The notes under the pieces were generated by a model that was not told where the DNA came from, ran no database searches, and was given only the letters and a program-made list of their open reading frames with translations. From Eledone cirrhosa (taxonomy: Eukaryota), in the NCBI GenBank assembly GCA_964016885.1, contig OZ024740.1:74276001-74340000 (forward strand): 64,000 nt of DNA, read 5' to 3'. Positions within the stretch are counted from its first letter, which is position 1; every line of letters starts with the position of its first letter. Below are positions 45,989 to 62,656 of the stretch, piece by piece. A program made the translations under genes and the position numbers.

Positions 45989-46086
45989 GAGCTTCTACAG
46001 GACTAGAACTGTTTCATTCGTGAGAAATCATCCTGATGATTTCTCATGAATGAAACAGTTCTAGTCCTGTAGAAGCTCTTCTATAT
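45981..46086. repeat. ~106-bp near-perfect palindrome containing a hammerhead-like core
   Basis: atatagaggagcttctacagg...gagaaatcatc|ct|gatgatttctc...cctgtagaagctcttctatat. A single-arm copy lies at 29556-29600. Confidence 0.9.
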
Positions 46087-46211
46087 TAACACTTTTATAC
46101 TCTGCTATGTATTGAGTACCTTACTTACTGTGTTTACCTCCGATTTAACCCAGAATAACTTTTACATATATATATAAATGTAATTACACACATTTATATA
46201 TACATGTAATT

Positions 46212-46288
<77 letters not shown>

Positions 46289-46317
46289 ATTATACATATA
46301 TATGTACATGTAATTAA

Positions 46318-46369
<52 letters not shown>

Positions 46370-46382
46370 ATTTATATATATA

Positions 46383-46960
46383 TGAAGGCACATGGCTTAG
46401 TGGTTAGAGCATTGTCCTTACAATCGAAAGGTTGTGAGTTCAATTCTCAGACTGGGTGATGTGTTGTTTCCTTGAGCAAGACACTTTATTTCACATTGCT
46501 CCAGTTTACTCAGCTGTTGAAATGAGATGATAGGACTGGGGTCCCTATCATTCCACTACAAAAGTGGTTGTGGAGGTACCACGGCAAAAAAGCACCTAGC
46601 ACTCACTGTAAAGCGGTCATGTAGGTGCAACAGCAAAAAAGCACCCGGCACTCACTGTAAATGAGATTGGTGTTACGAAAGGTATCTGATTCTGGCTTGA
46701 TTTCTACAGCTGGATGCCCTTCCCAACCTCATTTACAGTGAGTGCTGGGTGCTTTTTTGCCGTGGCACCTCCACGACCACTTTACAGTGGAGTGATTGGG
46801 ACCCCAGTCCTATCATCTCATTTCTACAGCTGAGTAAACTGGAGCAATGTGAAATAAAGTGTCTTGCTCAAGGAAACAATACATCACCCTGTCTGAGAAT
46901 TGAACTCACAACCTTTCGATTGCAAGCCCAATGCACTAACCACTAAGCCATGTGCCTCCA
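46383..46960. mobile_element. Two CORE-type SINE copies fused tail-to-tail (46383-46685 +, 46686-46960 -)
   Basis: tRNA-like heads at both outer ends; the bodies are reverse complements of each other. Confidence 0.85.
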
Positions 46961-47251
46961 CATATATATATATATGTGTGTATATATGTGTATGTCCGTG
47001 TACGTGAATGGTTGTGTATATATATATATATACATATATATATTTTTTTTACTTTTATCTGAATGCGTGTATGTGTGTGTATATGTAGGCACACATCTTT
47101 TTCTATATAGCTATATATTTTTATATTTTTATTTTTATATATTATTTTTCTTACCCTTCTTTTCTTACGTATATTTCCCATTATTTTTGCAGCCTCACTT
47201 CCAATATTTAACAGATTTTAAATCTCATTTCATATTTTTTTAACATAACAT

Positions 47252-47316
47252 CTCTGTCTGATGACCGATCCAGTCGTATATTATTATCTGGGATCCAGAA
47301 ACCTTTGGTAATGGAG
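47252..47316 (+). ncRNA. Type I hammerhead motif
   Basis: ctctgt-CTGATGA-ccgatccag...ctgggatcca-GAAA-cc-ttt-gg-TA-atggag. Stem I has 6 bp with two G-U pairs; the base of stem II is mismatched. Confidence 0.6.
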
Positions 47317-47524
47317 TAGTTATATTTTGTGTTGTCACTTTCTAATTAAATAGCTCTGTTCTATACATAGAGCACTCTTCTTTCCTTTGTTTTTCCTTTG
47401 GAATTACCTAACATACACACACACATATATATATCACCCCCCCCCCCCCCCCACCACTCTCAAGAGCGTGAAACTAATAAACATTTGTTCGTACTGCCTC
47501 TCTGTTTTGTTCCCGTTCCATTTT

Positions 47525-47560
<36 letters not shown>

Positions 47561-48252
47561 AATATAATTATATAAATATTATTTATTATTAAGATGTATA
47601 AACTGGACACAACTGTTATCATCCTATATTCTCTCAACGAATCACACTTGATCAGATTTCTCTATCCTGTTTTCTCCCCCCATAATTATTATATTTTTAT
47701 TACTTTTATTATTTTTTATTATTGTTTGAAAAAAAATCGGTTTTTTTACATTGTGTTTTCCCCTCCAAATATTCGCTTATATTTCCTTATATATTCTCTA
47801 TATATTTTTTATCTTTAGTATTATTTCCACTTTTATCCTCCTTTATATTTTACCTTATTCTTACCTTTACACCTTATTATAGTGTAATCTTCCCCATGCC
47901 TTATTATACACTATTAATTATAGATTATTATTATTACTCTTCTTCCATTTCTAATTACCTCATGTACCTTTTCCTCCGCTATATGTATATATGTATTCTA
48001 CGCCCTTCGTGTTTGCGTAGCCTCTGCGCACCCTCTGCACCATACTACCCACGCCACCCCATCTATGGTTCAGCTAACCACCCGACCCCCGGGAATGAAT
48101 ATGACCGCAGCTAGTAAACAAGGACCAACACCCCACCCTCCCGCACCAAAATTAGACTTATCATCCCCTACTTTTGCTCTTTACTCTCTCTACCCTTTGT
48201 TCTTGGGTGTTTGGTTGGTAGAGTCCATAACACCAATCAAACCCCTTTTATA

Positions 48253-48299
48253 GCTCTGATGAATCCTACGGTTACACGTAAGGAAGAAACATTGTTAGC
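48253..48299 (+). ncRNA. Type I hammerhead motif
   Basis: gct-CTGATGA-atcctacg-gttaca-cgtaaggaa-GAAA-cattg-TT-agc, followed by aataaa. Confidence 0.6.
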
Positions 48300-48529
48300 C
48301 AATAAAACTCTTTTGATGTTGTAGACGCTCTTGTGTTCTTTTTCATATACATTTTTATATATACGCTTGGAAGGAACAATTGTCAGCAATTAAATGTTCT
48401 AACATAGCTTTGATTCTTGTGTATTCTATATTACTGCTCTGTATAACAACTGATGTTCTTACATTGAGCTATTTATCTTACTGGTAATAAGGTAGTAATA
48501 AATTACTGACACATTACTGTTGACACATT

Positions 48530-51216
48530 CAAACTCAGTCTGTGGCACACTGATAGTACATATGAAGCAACTAAAGACAGTAATATGTGTCACATATCGG
48601 CCGCCCGATGCCCCCAAGAGCGTGAAACTAATAAACTTTTGTTCATGAGGGTAAATTTGAGGATAGCCTCAGTAGGATAGAAGAGGTCCTTGACAAACTG
48701 GACCAGGGTCTCAACATTCTACTGCTGGGAGACTTCAACCTGCCAAAGGTAAAATGGTCTGAGGGCCACTTCCTCCCTGGAATGACGTCAATAGAAAAGA
48801 GACAGACGGAATCTCTGCTGGCCCTCACACACAGGCTGTTCATGGAACAAGCAATACTCCTCCCAACAAGAGGCAAAAATGTCCTGGACCTCTGTTTTAC
48901 AAACAACGAAGTGCTCATCCACAATGTAAAGATGACACCAACAATTTTCTTGGATCATAACTTAGTAGAACTAATGATATGTGGTCCGAGAGAACCAACA
49001 GAGACAAAACCATCAAGAAGCACCGGGACATTATCCAGCCTTAACTTCTAAAAGGCTAACTGGAAAAAGATCAAGAGAGAAATCCGGAAGCAGACATGGA
49101 GTGAAAACACCGCCACAGAAGACACCAACACACAATTTCAACACTTCATGACAACGATACATACTATATGCAAAAGGTTTGTGCCAGAGAAAAAGGCAGA
49201 CAGACACAAAAATCTTATTCCCAGAGATAGGAAAATCCTTATGAGACTTAGAGCCAAGCTCTCAAACCAGTTGCACTCAAACTTTCCCATGAAAATGAGA
49301 GGGAAAAAGAAAGAAAGCAGGGCCATAGAAAACATTAAAACAAACCTTAAGGCCTTCTTTAAATTTGCAAAAGAAACTGCCTCGGTACACTGCAAGATTG
49401 GGCCACTCTTCCATACAGACGGTTCATTAACCGAGAATCCCCAACAGATATGTGAAATACTGAATGAACAGTTCAAAAGTGTGTTCACATGTCCACTGAG
49501 GCACATGAAAATAACAAAGCCAGATGAGTTCTTTGATGCCACAACACTACATGAAGAAATGGCAACCATCAACCACATAGACATAACGGAGGAGGATGTG
49601 GTATACGCCATAGATGAAATTAGAACAGACTCAGCTGCTGGACCTGATGGATTCCCAGCAGTCCTCTTAAAAACATGTAAGCGGGCCTTAGCAACTCCAC
49701 TGAAGATGCTCTTCAGAAGCTCCTTGGCTAGCAGTATACTACCCAGGGAGCTGAAAGAAGGCACAAAATACCCTATCCAAAAACTATAGGCCAGTCTCCC
49801 TGATGTCGCATATCAGTAAGGTCATGGAGTGAGATGTCAGAAAGAAACTAATCACTTTCCTCGAGGAAAATAACCGCCTGACTAGCACGCAGCATGGCTT
49901 CCACCCAGGAAGAAGCTGCCTTACACAACTGTTACATCACTACGACTGGGTACTAAAACAACTGCTAGACAGCTCACATGTGGATGTGATATATCTTGAC
50001 TTTGCGAAGGCCTTTGACAAGGTCGGTCACGGAATGATATGTCACAAACTACACGGACTCGGCATAACTGGAAAAGTAGGTGAATGACTGCATGACTTCT
50101 TAAAGGACAGAAGCCAAACAGGGACCTCTCAAAGGAAACATCAATAACAAGTGGGGTGCCCCAAGGGACAGTCCTGGGACCACTACTGTTTTTGGTGGCT
50201 CTCTCAGACATGCCCTCTGTAGTACATACAACAACATCCCTCACTAGCTATGCTGATGGCACTAAGGTAGCACAGGCAATCAAAAACCCGGCTGACGCTG
50301 CCCTTTTACAACAAGATCTGGATGCCATATACAAATGGGCGGAAAAAAACAACATGCAGTTTAATGCTAGCAAATTCCAAGCCCTACAATAAAAACCTGC
50401 AAACACAAATACAGTACAACACAGTTACGCAGGACCAGGAGGGACCGATATCCCCATGTCAAAATTGATGAGACCTGGGTATAGACATGAGCGAGGATGC
50501 ATCTTTTTCCTCACACATCATGAAAGTGGCGACAATGTGCAGACGACTCGCTGGCTGGATCTTGAGGACTTTGCGGACAAGGGACCGAGACACCATGTTG
50601 ACACTATGTAGGATATTTGTCATAAGCCGCCTGGACTACTGCTCCCCATAGTGTCAAACTAACCACGGAGCTCGAGGCAATCCAGCAAAGCTACACCAAG
50701 AGGATTGCCACGATAAAGGAGATAAGTTACTGGGAGAGGCTAAAAGAACTGAACCTCTACTACTTGGAATGAAGACAGGAGAGATACGCAGTGATCTACA
50801 TGTGGAAAATCCTCGAGGGACTAGCACCAAACTTTGGCATTGGGAGCTGGACCAACCGTCGGACAGGACGTCACTGTGTGGTGCCAAAGATCCCGTCTTC
50901 CACATCTAGAATAAGGAGCAGATATTGCAATAGCCTGGAATTCAAGGGCCCTCAACTCGTCAACAAGCTGCCGAGGCATCTGAGAGACTTGCATGACGTG
51001 GAGGTGGATGTCTTTAAGAAACATCTCGACACCTTGTTATCCAGGATCCCGGATGAGCCCACAGCAAGAGACGAGGGAACCTAAGGGCAGCAGCAACAAA
51101 CTCCCTCTTACACCAGTGGCCAACCTATACAGGCTGGAGATAAAATGTGTAGCAACAAGGGTGGTGCCCCAGCATGGCCTCAGCCGAATGGCTGAAACAG
51201 GTAAAAGAGTAAAAGA
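48530..51216 (+). pseudogene. Decayed CR1-group LINE ORF2 of a second family
   Basis: [59 protein letters not shown] and IYMWKILEG, with many stops and frameshifts. Confidence 0.88.
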
Positions 51217-51322
51217 GTATATATATATACATATATATATACATATACATATATATATACATATATATATATACATATATATATATACATATATATACAT
51301 ATATATATATACATATATATAC

Positions 51323-51353
<31 letters not shown>

Positions 51354-51377
51354 CATATATACCTAATATATATATAC

Positions 51378-51476
<99 letters not shown>

Positions 51477-51574
51477 CATATAAATATATACATATACATA
51501 TATATACATATACATATATATACATATATATATGTATACATATACATATATATATACATATATATATATATATA

Positions 51575-52045
51575 TTACACCTCTCCAAGACAATGTCACT
51601 GGACCGAGACCTTTGGCGGTACTCAGTAACAGAGAAGACCCGCCTTACCTAAATATATAGTAAAACCTACTCCAGCCAGTAGGCATCTCTAACAAAATAC
51701 ACCCCGTCCCACCACCACCACCCCCACCCCATCCACACCACCCCGTTCTATGTAAAGTTATGTTGGTGCCGCGCCATCGAGGCCGAAACAAATGAGATCG
51801 TGTAGGTGTCACGACAAAAAAAACACACAGTCCACGCTGTAATGTGGCCGTGTAGGCAACACGGTAAAAACCTCCCAGACCCACACTGTAAATGTGGTTG
51901 GTGTTAGGAAGGGCATCCAACTGTAGAAAACCTGCCAGACAGTCCTATGCGAGCAAGACAATCACTCTTGCCTCAAGTGGGACTACCCCCGTCCAAACCC
52001 ATGCAAGCGTGGAACACGGACGTTAAACGTTGATGATGATGATGA
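51575..52045 (+). mobile_element. RTE family A 3' end
   Basis: Near-identical to 116-593. Confidence 0.9.
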
Positions 52046-52064
52046 TATATACATATATATATAC

Positions 52065-52097
<33 letters not shown>

Positions 52098-52298
52098 CAT
52101 AGATATATATACATATATATATATATATACATACATATATATACATATATATATATACGTATATATATATACATATATATATATATACATATACATATAT
52201 ATACATATACATATATATACATATACATATATATACATATACATATATATACATATATATACATATATATACATATACATATATATATATATATACAT

Positions 52299-52957
52299 AA
52301 AAAATTAGAGTTAAGAGGGATCAGATGTTGTTTACTCGAGAGAAGGCTACGTTGGTATGGACACGTGATGCGCATGAAAGTCGATAGCTGTATAACAAAG
52401 TGCAGGGCAATAAAGATAGACGGTAGCCACGGAATAGGCAGACCTAGAAAAACCTGGGACGAGCTGATAAACTCCGACATCACACACTTACACCTCTCCA
52501 AGACAATGTCACTGGACCGAGACCTTTGGCGGTACTCAGTAACAGAGAAGACCCGCCTTACCTAAATATATAGTAAAACCTACTCCAGCCAGTAGGCATC
52601 TCTAACAAAATACACCCCGTCCCACCCCCACCACCCCCACCCCATCCACACCACCCCGTTCTATGTAAAGTAATGTTGGTGCCGCGCCATCCAGGCCGAA
52701 ACAAATGAGATCGTGTAGGTGTCACGACAAAAAAACACACAGTCCACGCTGTAATGTGGCCGTGTAGGCAACACGGTAAAAACCTCCCAAACCCACACTG
52801 TAAATGTCGTTGGTGTTAGGAAGGGCATCCAACTGTAGAAAACCTGCCAGACAGTCCTATGCGAGCAAGACAATCACTCTTGCCTCAAGTGGGACTACCC
52901 CCGTCCAAACCCATGCAAGCGTGGAACACGGACGTTAAATGATGATGATGATGATGA
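52299..52957 (+). mobile_element. RTE family A 3' end
   Basis: [12 protein letters not shown]...GRPRKTW plus the 3' UTR and a (gat)n tail. Confidence 0.9.
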
Positions 52958-55476
<2,519 letters not shown>

Positions 55477-55860
55477 AAATGATGTTGGCATCGCCTTCAA
55501 GATACACCCAAGGCTTGGGCCCCGTGCTATCCGTCCCATTCAAAAATCTAAATCGCAACTCATAACAACAATACGGCACAATTATTTCACCTCAATCGGC
55601 CCTGCTCTCTTCAACATCACACCAGGACACGTCAAAACAGAAACTGACCACACAAAATTCAAGAAGTCTTTGGACAAATTCCTCCAAGTAATCCCGGACA
55701 AACCACCCACACCCGGATATGTCTCCGCAAACAGTAATTCTCTTCTCGAATGGGCCATGGTGCCCAAATCCTGAATTGAAAGACTTCGCCAGGTGGTGCT
55801 ATTAAGTTAGACATGGCCTGGGCCAATACTGGCCAAAACATTTCAAAGTTATTCAAAGTT
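55477..55860 (+). mobile_element. CR1-group LINE 3' fragment (young family)
   Basis: Reverse complement of ~3909-4293. Confidence 0.92.
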
Positions 55861-55882
55861 ATATATATACATATATATATAC

Positions 55883-55927
<45 letters not shown>

Positions 55928-55942
55928 CATATATATATATAC

Positions 55943-56013
<71 letters not shown>

Positions 56014-56165
56014 CATATATATATACATATATATATATACATATATATATACATATATATATACATATATATATACATATATATATACATATATATATAC
56101 ATATATATATACATATATATATATACATATATATATACATATATATATACATATATATATACATA

Positions 56166-56434
56166 TCATCATCATCATCATCATCATCAACGTTTAACGT
56201 CCGTGTTCCACGCTTGCATGGGTTTGGACGGGGGTAGTCCCACTTGAGGCAAGAGTGATTGTCTTGCTCGCATAGGACTGTCTGGCAGGTTTTCTACAGT
56301 TGGATGCCCTTCCTAACACCAACCACATTTACAGTGTGGGTCTGGGAGGTTTTTACCGTGTTGCCTACACGGCCACATTACAGCGTGGACTGTGTGTTTT
56401 TTTGTCGTGACACCTACACGATCTCATTTGTTTC
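56166..56434 (-). mobile_element. RTE family A 3' UTR
   Basis: Reverse complement of ~325-593. Confidence 0.88.
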
Positions 56435-56822
56435 GGATATATATATACATATATATATATACATATATATATACATATATATATACATATATATATATAC
56501 ATATATATATACATATATATATACATCATCATCACCGTTTTACGTCCGTTCTTCCACGCTAGCATGGGTTAGACGGGTTGTCCTGTTGTGGGCAGTGTCT
56601 GGTCGGCTGACCATGCCTTGCCCATACAGGAACTGATCTGGCTTGATTTCTACAGCTAGATGCCCTTCCTAACACCAACCTCATTGACAGTGAGTGCTGG
56701 GTGCTTTTTCGTGGCGCCTACACGTCCACTTTACAGTGTGGGCTGGGTGCTTTTTTGCCGTGGCACCTCCACGACCACCTTGCGGTGGGGGGGGGGGGGG
56801 GGGGGCATATTGATTATATGCT

Positions 56823-59800
56823 TCAGCATGTACCCATGGGAGGTCGGGTACCCTGTATTACTGCGTGACGCCAGAGGTCACGGTCGTGTGTCATTGACTT
56901 TGAGAGGTGTAGTTGGGTAAGGTCGGCTTTTATCACCTCATCCCAAGTCATCTTGGGTCTCCACACTCCGCGGTTTCCATCAACTTCTAGTGCTCTGCAC
57001 CTTTTTATGCAGCTGTCATCCTTCATACGCATCACATGTCCATACCAGCGTAACCGCCTCTCCTGCACGCAGCATTTGATTCCTCTTATGCTCAGTCTCT
57101 CTCTCAATTCCTTTATGCTTTGTCGTTCACGTATATTACTGTTACACATCCATCGGAGCATGCAGGCTTCGTTTCTCTCTAATCTACGTAAGTCTTCCAC
57201 CTTCAGCGCCCAGGTCTCACTACCATGCAACATCGCTGTTCGGATACACGCATTATACAGTCTGCCTTTCATTCTGAGGGAGAAGCCTTTTGCAGCTAGC
57301 AGTGGTAGTAGTTCCCTAAACTTCTTCCATCCCGTTCTTACCCTAGTTATTGTACTTTCTGAGCACCCACCTCCGTTGCTAATTCGGTCACCTAGGTAGC
57401 AGAAGCTGTCTACTGTTTCTACAGGGCCCTCCCAGAGATTGGTGGTACTTGTTTCCTGTGGCTGTTTGCTTGCTGTTTCAGCACAGCTGCTGCATGTGAA
57501 TCCTACATTCTTAATTAAGCTTCCTGAGATCCCGCTACATCTCTTGTGTACCCATTGTTTGCATTTGGGGCAAAGAATGGAGTTCCTACCTACACCTTTC
57601 CTACATACTGAGCAAGGCCATTTCCCTGAGGGGATCTGGGTTCTGTTTTCTCGTCTACTTATAAGGACCTTAGTCTTTGTCATGTTGACTTTGAGGCCCT
57701 TTCTCTCTAGTCCCTGCTTTCAGGTTTGGAATTTATTCTCTAGTTCTACCATAGATTCAGCTATGAGTGCGAGGTCATCAGCATACAGGAGTTCCCATGG
57801 GCATCCGGTCTTAAACTCCTCCGTTATTGCCTGCAGGACTATGATGAACAGAAGAGGGCTAAGAACAGAGCCCTGGTGGACCCCAACCTGTACGCTAAAT
57901 TCCTCGCTATACTCATTGCCAATCCTAACTTTGCTGACTGCTCCCCTATACATGGCTTGTACCGCTTTCACAAGCCATTCATCTACTCCTAGTTTTCTAA
58001 GAGCCCACCAGATTACTGCACGTGGAACTCTGTCAAAGGCTTTCTCAAGGTCGACAAATGCCAAGTAGAGTGGCTTACTTTTAGCTAGGTACTTTTCCTG
58101 TAATTGCCTCACAAGGAAGAGGGCATCAGTGGTGCCTTTCCCTGGTACAAACCCAAATTGCATCTCGTCTATATTCACCCGGTCCCTAATCAGCTGTGCT
58201 ATAACTCTTTCTGTTACTTTCATGACCTGGTCCATCAACTTTATACCTCTATAGTTTCCTCTATCTAGTGCATCGCCTTTACCTTTGTAGCAGTTGACAA
58301 TGATGCTACTGCACCAATCTTTTGGTATGGCCCCCTCTAGTATTACCTGGTTAACGATACGTGTGGTTATAGTGTGACCTACAGACCCAGATGCCTTCAG
58401 CATCTCGGCAGCTATACCCGATGGACCGGTTGCCTTCCCTATCTTCATATCTCTGATTGCCTTACTTACTACGCTGCCGCTGACTTGTACTGCTGGTCCC
58501 TCTATAGGGTCTACGTGGGGTAGGGTCTCTTCTTCCCATGCATTCTCCTCATTTAGTAATCTATCATAATGACTCTTCCATGCATCTTTCTTCTCAGCAC
58601 TTGTGAGGGCAAGCTCACCTTTATCATTCCGGATACACTTCTCTCCAATGACATCACAACTATCTCTGACACACTGCCTCGCAATCTTGAATACCTCCTG
58701 TTTCTGGTCCTCACGTTGTAAAACATGCTTGAATTTTCTATCCTCTGCTTCCCTCCTAGCTAAGTATACTTGTCGCCTAGCTTCCCTCTTGGTCTCTATG
58801 TAATGTACCCTGCTCCCCCCGTTCTTCCATTCTTTCCATGCCTGTCTCTTGGCCTTGACTGCTTCATCTACCTTATTGTTCCACCACCAAGTCACTCTCC
58901 TCCTGCTTGAGGTCTTACTCCAGCCACAAACCTCATCCGTCGCCTCTAGTAAGTTATTTTTTAGGAACTCCCAGTTCTCTTCTACGTTAAATGTCTCTAT
59001 CTGTTCTTCTTTACTGTCGTAGGCGTTGAGTAAAATATCTTTAAATCTGTTACTGGTTGAGGGGACTTTCAGCTTCCAGATCTTTCTTCTCCAGGTTGGC
59101 CTCTGTTTCAGGGCTCGTCTAGTTCTGACCGTGAGGTCGCTGACAACTAAGCTATGTTGGGATGTACATTCCTCACTAGGGAAGGCTTTTGTGTTTACGA
59201 CCGTCCATCTGTCACGTCCTCTGATGAGGATAAAATCTAACTGACTAGAGTGCTCCCCTGATCTATAGGTGATCAGGTGGTTGTCGGGTTTTTTAAAGTT
59301 TGTGTTACATATCGACATGTCATTGGCGTCGCAGAATTCTAGAAGTCTGAATCCTTCCTCATTCCTTGTGCCAACTCCATGGCCTCCATGTACTCTATTG
59401 AAGCCGTCGCAGTGTTTACCTACGTGTCCGTTAAAATCTCCTGCAATGATTAGGAAGTCCTTGTCGTCTGTTAGAGCAGTAGTGTGTATTAGGGACTCAT
59501 AAAACCTATCCTTAAGTTCGTCTGGCAGCCCCGATTGGGGTGCGTAAGCTGATATTATTGTGGTAATTGTCTTATTCAGGACTAGTCTGAGTTTAATGAT
59601 TCTTGCATTTACCCTGTACACTGAGATTACTTTATCTACCCACTTGTCAGCTAATAGTATACCTACACCACCCATCCCATCGTCATTTCGCACCCAGAAA
59701 AATTTGTAGCACTGGCTTTTTCCTACAAGGACTCTAGCAGACCCTCCTCTCCATCTAGTCTCTTGCACACAGCATACATCAACTTCCTTTCGCTCTAGCA

Positions 59801-59942
59801 TTTCTACGATTTCTCCTGCTCTTCCTTTCATTGAGCCTACATTGATGGTACCAACTCGGAGTTTTGGGCATTTGTCGACACTCGTAGGGGAGGGTCTCTG
59901 GGTTGGCGCTTCACGTGGGTGCTTGGTAGCTCGCAGATTCAT
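56823..59942 (-). pseudogene. RTE ORF (APE + RT + PHD-like finger), interrupted by one in-frame TGA at 57720-57722
   Basis: ORFs 57720-59942 and 56823-57683 are in the same frame. Motifs: CVQETRW, AYAPQ, AGDFNGHVG, NYRGIKL, FVDLEKAFDRV, GVHQGSVLSP, LYADD, CSVC..CPKC..WVHKRC..TCSSC and [10 protein letters not shown]. Confidence 0.9.
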
Positions 59943-60184
59943 ATTTCATCTATTGATTCAGAGTTGCTCGTGTATTCCCAGCTCATCCATCCATAACGGT
60001 GGGAAAATTGAGGGCTAGAAGGACAGTGGTGGTGGGGTATGGCAGGGTGTGTTGGGATGCGCCAGAGGAGGAGAGAGTTAGTTAGGCAGGTAGTAGCAGC
60101 AGCAGTGGAAATGGCATGCTAGGTTTGATTGGTCGAATAGACTATGGTGGTGTGTGGGGGTGGGGGGGGAGGGAAATTGTGAGG

Positions 60185-61020
60185 TAGGAACTGAGGGTCG
60201 CATGGTAAATATCCAAGTTAATACTACATCAGTAAAATTAACAATAATAACGTCATGAAAAAACTACTAAGAGAAACCCTCGAAAATTTATCGCTAATAC
60301 AGCAGGGAAAATTTAACGCTAATACAGCAGGGAACATCATAATATTAACGACAATATGTAGGCTAAAATACCTTCGTAGATTAGATGGATGGCTGGCTGG
60401 AAAAATTGGAATCAGCTCTAGTGATACATTTTAGCAGAGAAGAATGGGAAAGTGTCTTATCTCTTCAATATTTTCAGATTGAATGAATTAGGTTAAAGAC
60501 AGGGTAGTAAGCCTTAAAGAAGTGCATAGAGAGGGGGGGGTAGGAACTGAGGGTCGCATGGTAAATAACTGAGAGAGATACAATAGGATTAGAATACCGC
60601 ATGGTAAATATCCAAGTTAATAAGTTAATACTACATCAGTAAAATTAACAATAATAACGTCATGAAAAAACTACTAAGAGAAACCCTCGAAAATTTATCG
60701 CTAATACAGCAGGGAAAATTTAACGCTAATACAGCAGGGAACATCATAATATTAACGACAATATGTAGGCTAAAATACCTTCGTAGATTAGATGGATGGC
60801 TGGCTGGAAAAATTGGAATCAGCTCTAGTGATACATTTTAGCAGAGAAGAATGGGAAAGTGTCTTATCTCTTCAATATTTTCAGATTGAATGAATTAGGT
60901 TAAAGACAGGGTAGTAAGCCTTAAAGAAGTGCATAGAGAGGGGGGGGTAGGAACTGAGGGTCGCATGGTAAATAACTGAGAGAGATACAATAGGATTAGA
61001 ATACCGCATGGTAAATATCC
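60185..61020. repeat. Tandem ~407-bp repeat (units start 60185, 60541, 60948 partial)
   Basis: taggaactgagggtcgcatggtaaata recurs and the unit bodies are essentially identical. Confidence 0.92.
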
Positions 61021-62036
<1,016 letters not shown>

Positions 62037-62199
62037 AAAAAAGTGAAGAATAACATGGTCAACAGTACAAACAAGGAGATTTATTTACAGTCTGACAATT
62101 GTTTGTATCATAGAATTGTCTAAAAATTGCTAAACACTGAATATAGTGGCACTCAATTTAAAATACATGCAACCTCCATCATTTTATTGGAAATTATTA

Positions 62200-62275
<76 letters not shown>

Positions 62276-62315
62276 ATATAATATAAAATCAAAAGTTGGT
62301 TAAAAGAGTTCCATG

Positions 62316-62386
62316 TATTTTCTTATGCGCATTTCAAAAACAAATATCATCATGGCATGATATTTGCGTTCTCATCAGATAAAATA
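62316..62386 (-). ncRNA. Type I hammerhead ribozyme motif with intact core
   Basis: Minus strand reads tattttat-CTGATGA-gaac-gcaaatatcat-gccatg-atgatatttgt-tttt-GAAA-tgcgca-TA-agaaaata. Confidence 0.68.
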
Positions 62387-62613
62387 GGGAGACATGACAT
62401 GAAGCTTAAAAAACACTTAATGAAGTGTTAAATCAACATATGAAAAATAAAATAAGATGGATATATGAGATTGGGAAAAAAAAGGAAAGGAAGGGAGGAA
62501 GGAAAATGTAACGAAGAGGAAGAAAGAATATAATAAGAAAAAAATATATAATAATAAGGAAAGGATGACAGAGGAGGAGTATAAGAAGGAATGATGAGAG
62601 GGGAGGAGAAAAT

Positions 62614-62656
<43 letters not shown>

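Larger units (their letters stand above)
56526..61020 (-). mobile_element. Near full-length RTE LINE (family B)
   Basis: 5' region with tandem ~407-bp units (their attribution to the element is inferred), a single APE-RT ORF, a 3' UTR and a (gat)n tail. Confidence 0.88.

Noticed and set aside
57720-57722. In-frame TGA as possible selenocysteine or programmed readthrough
   Set aside because: The position fits Trp (TGG to TGA) and no SECIS was recognised. A simple nonsense mutation is more parsimonious.
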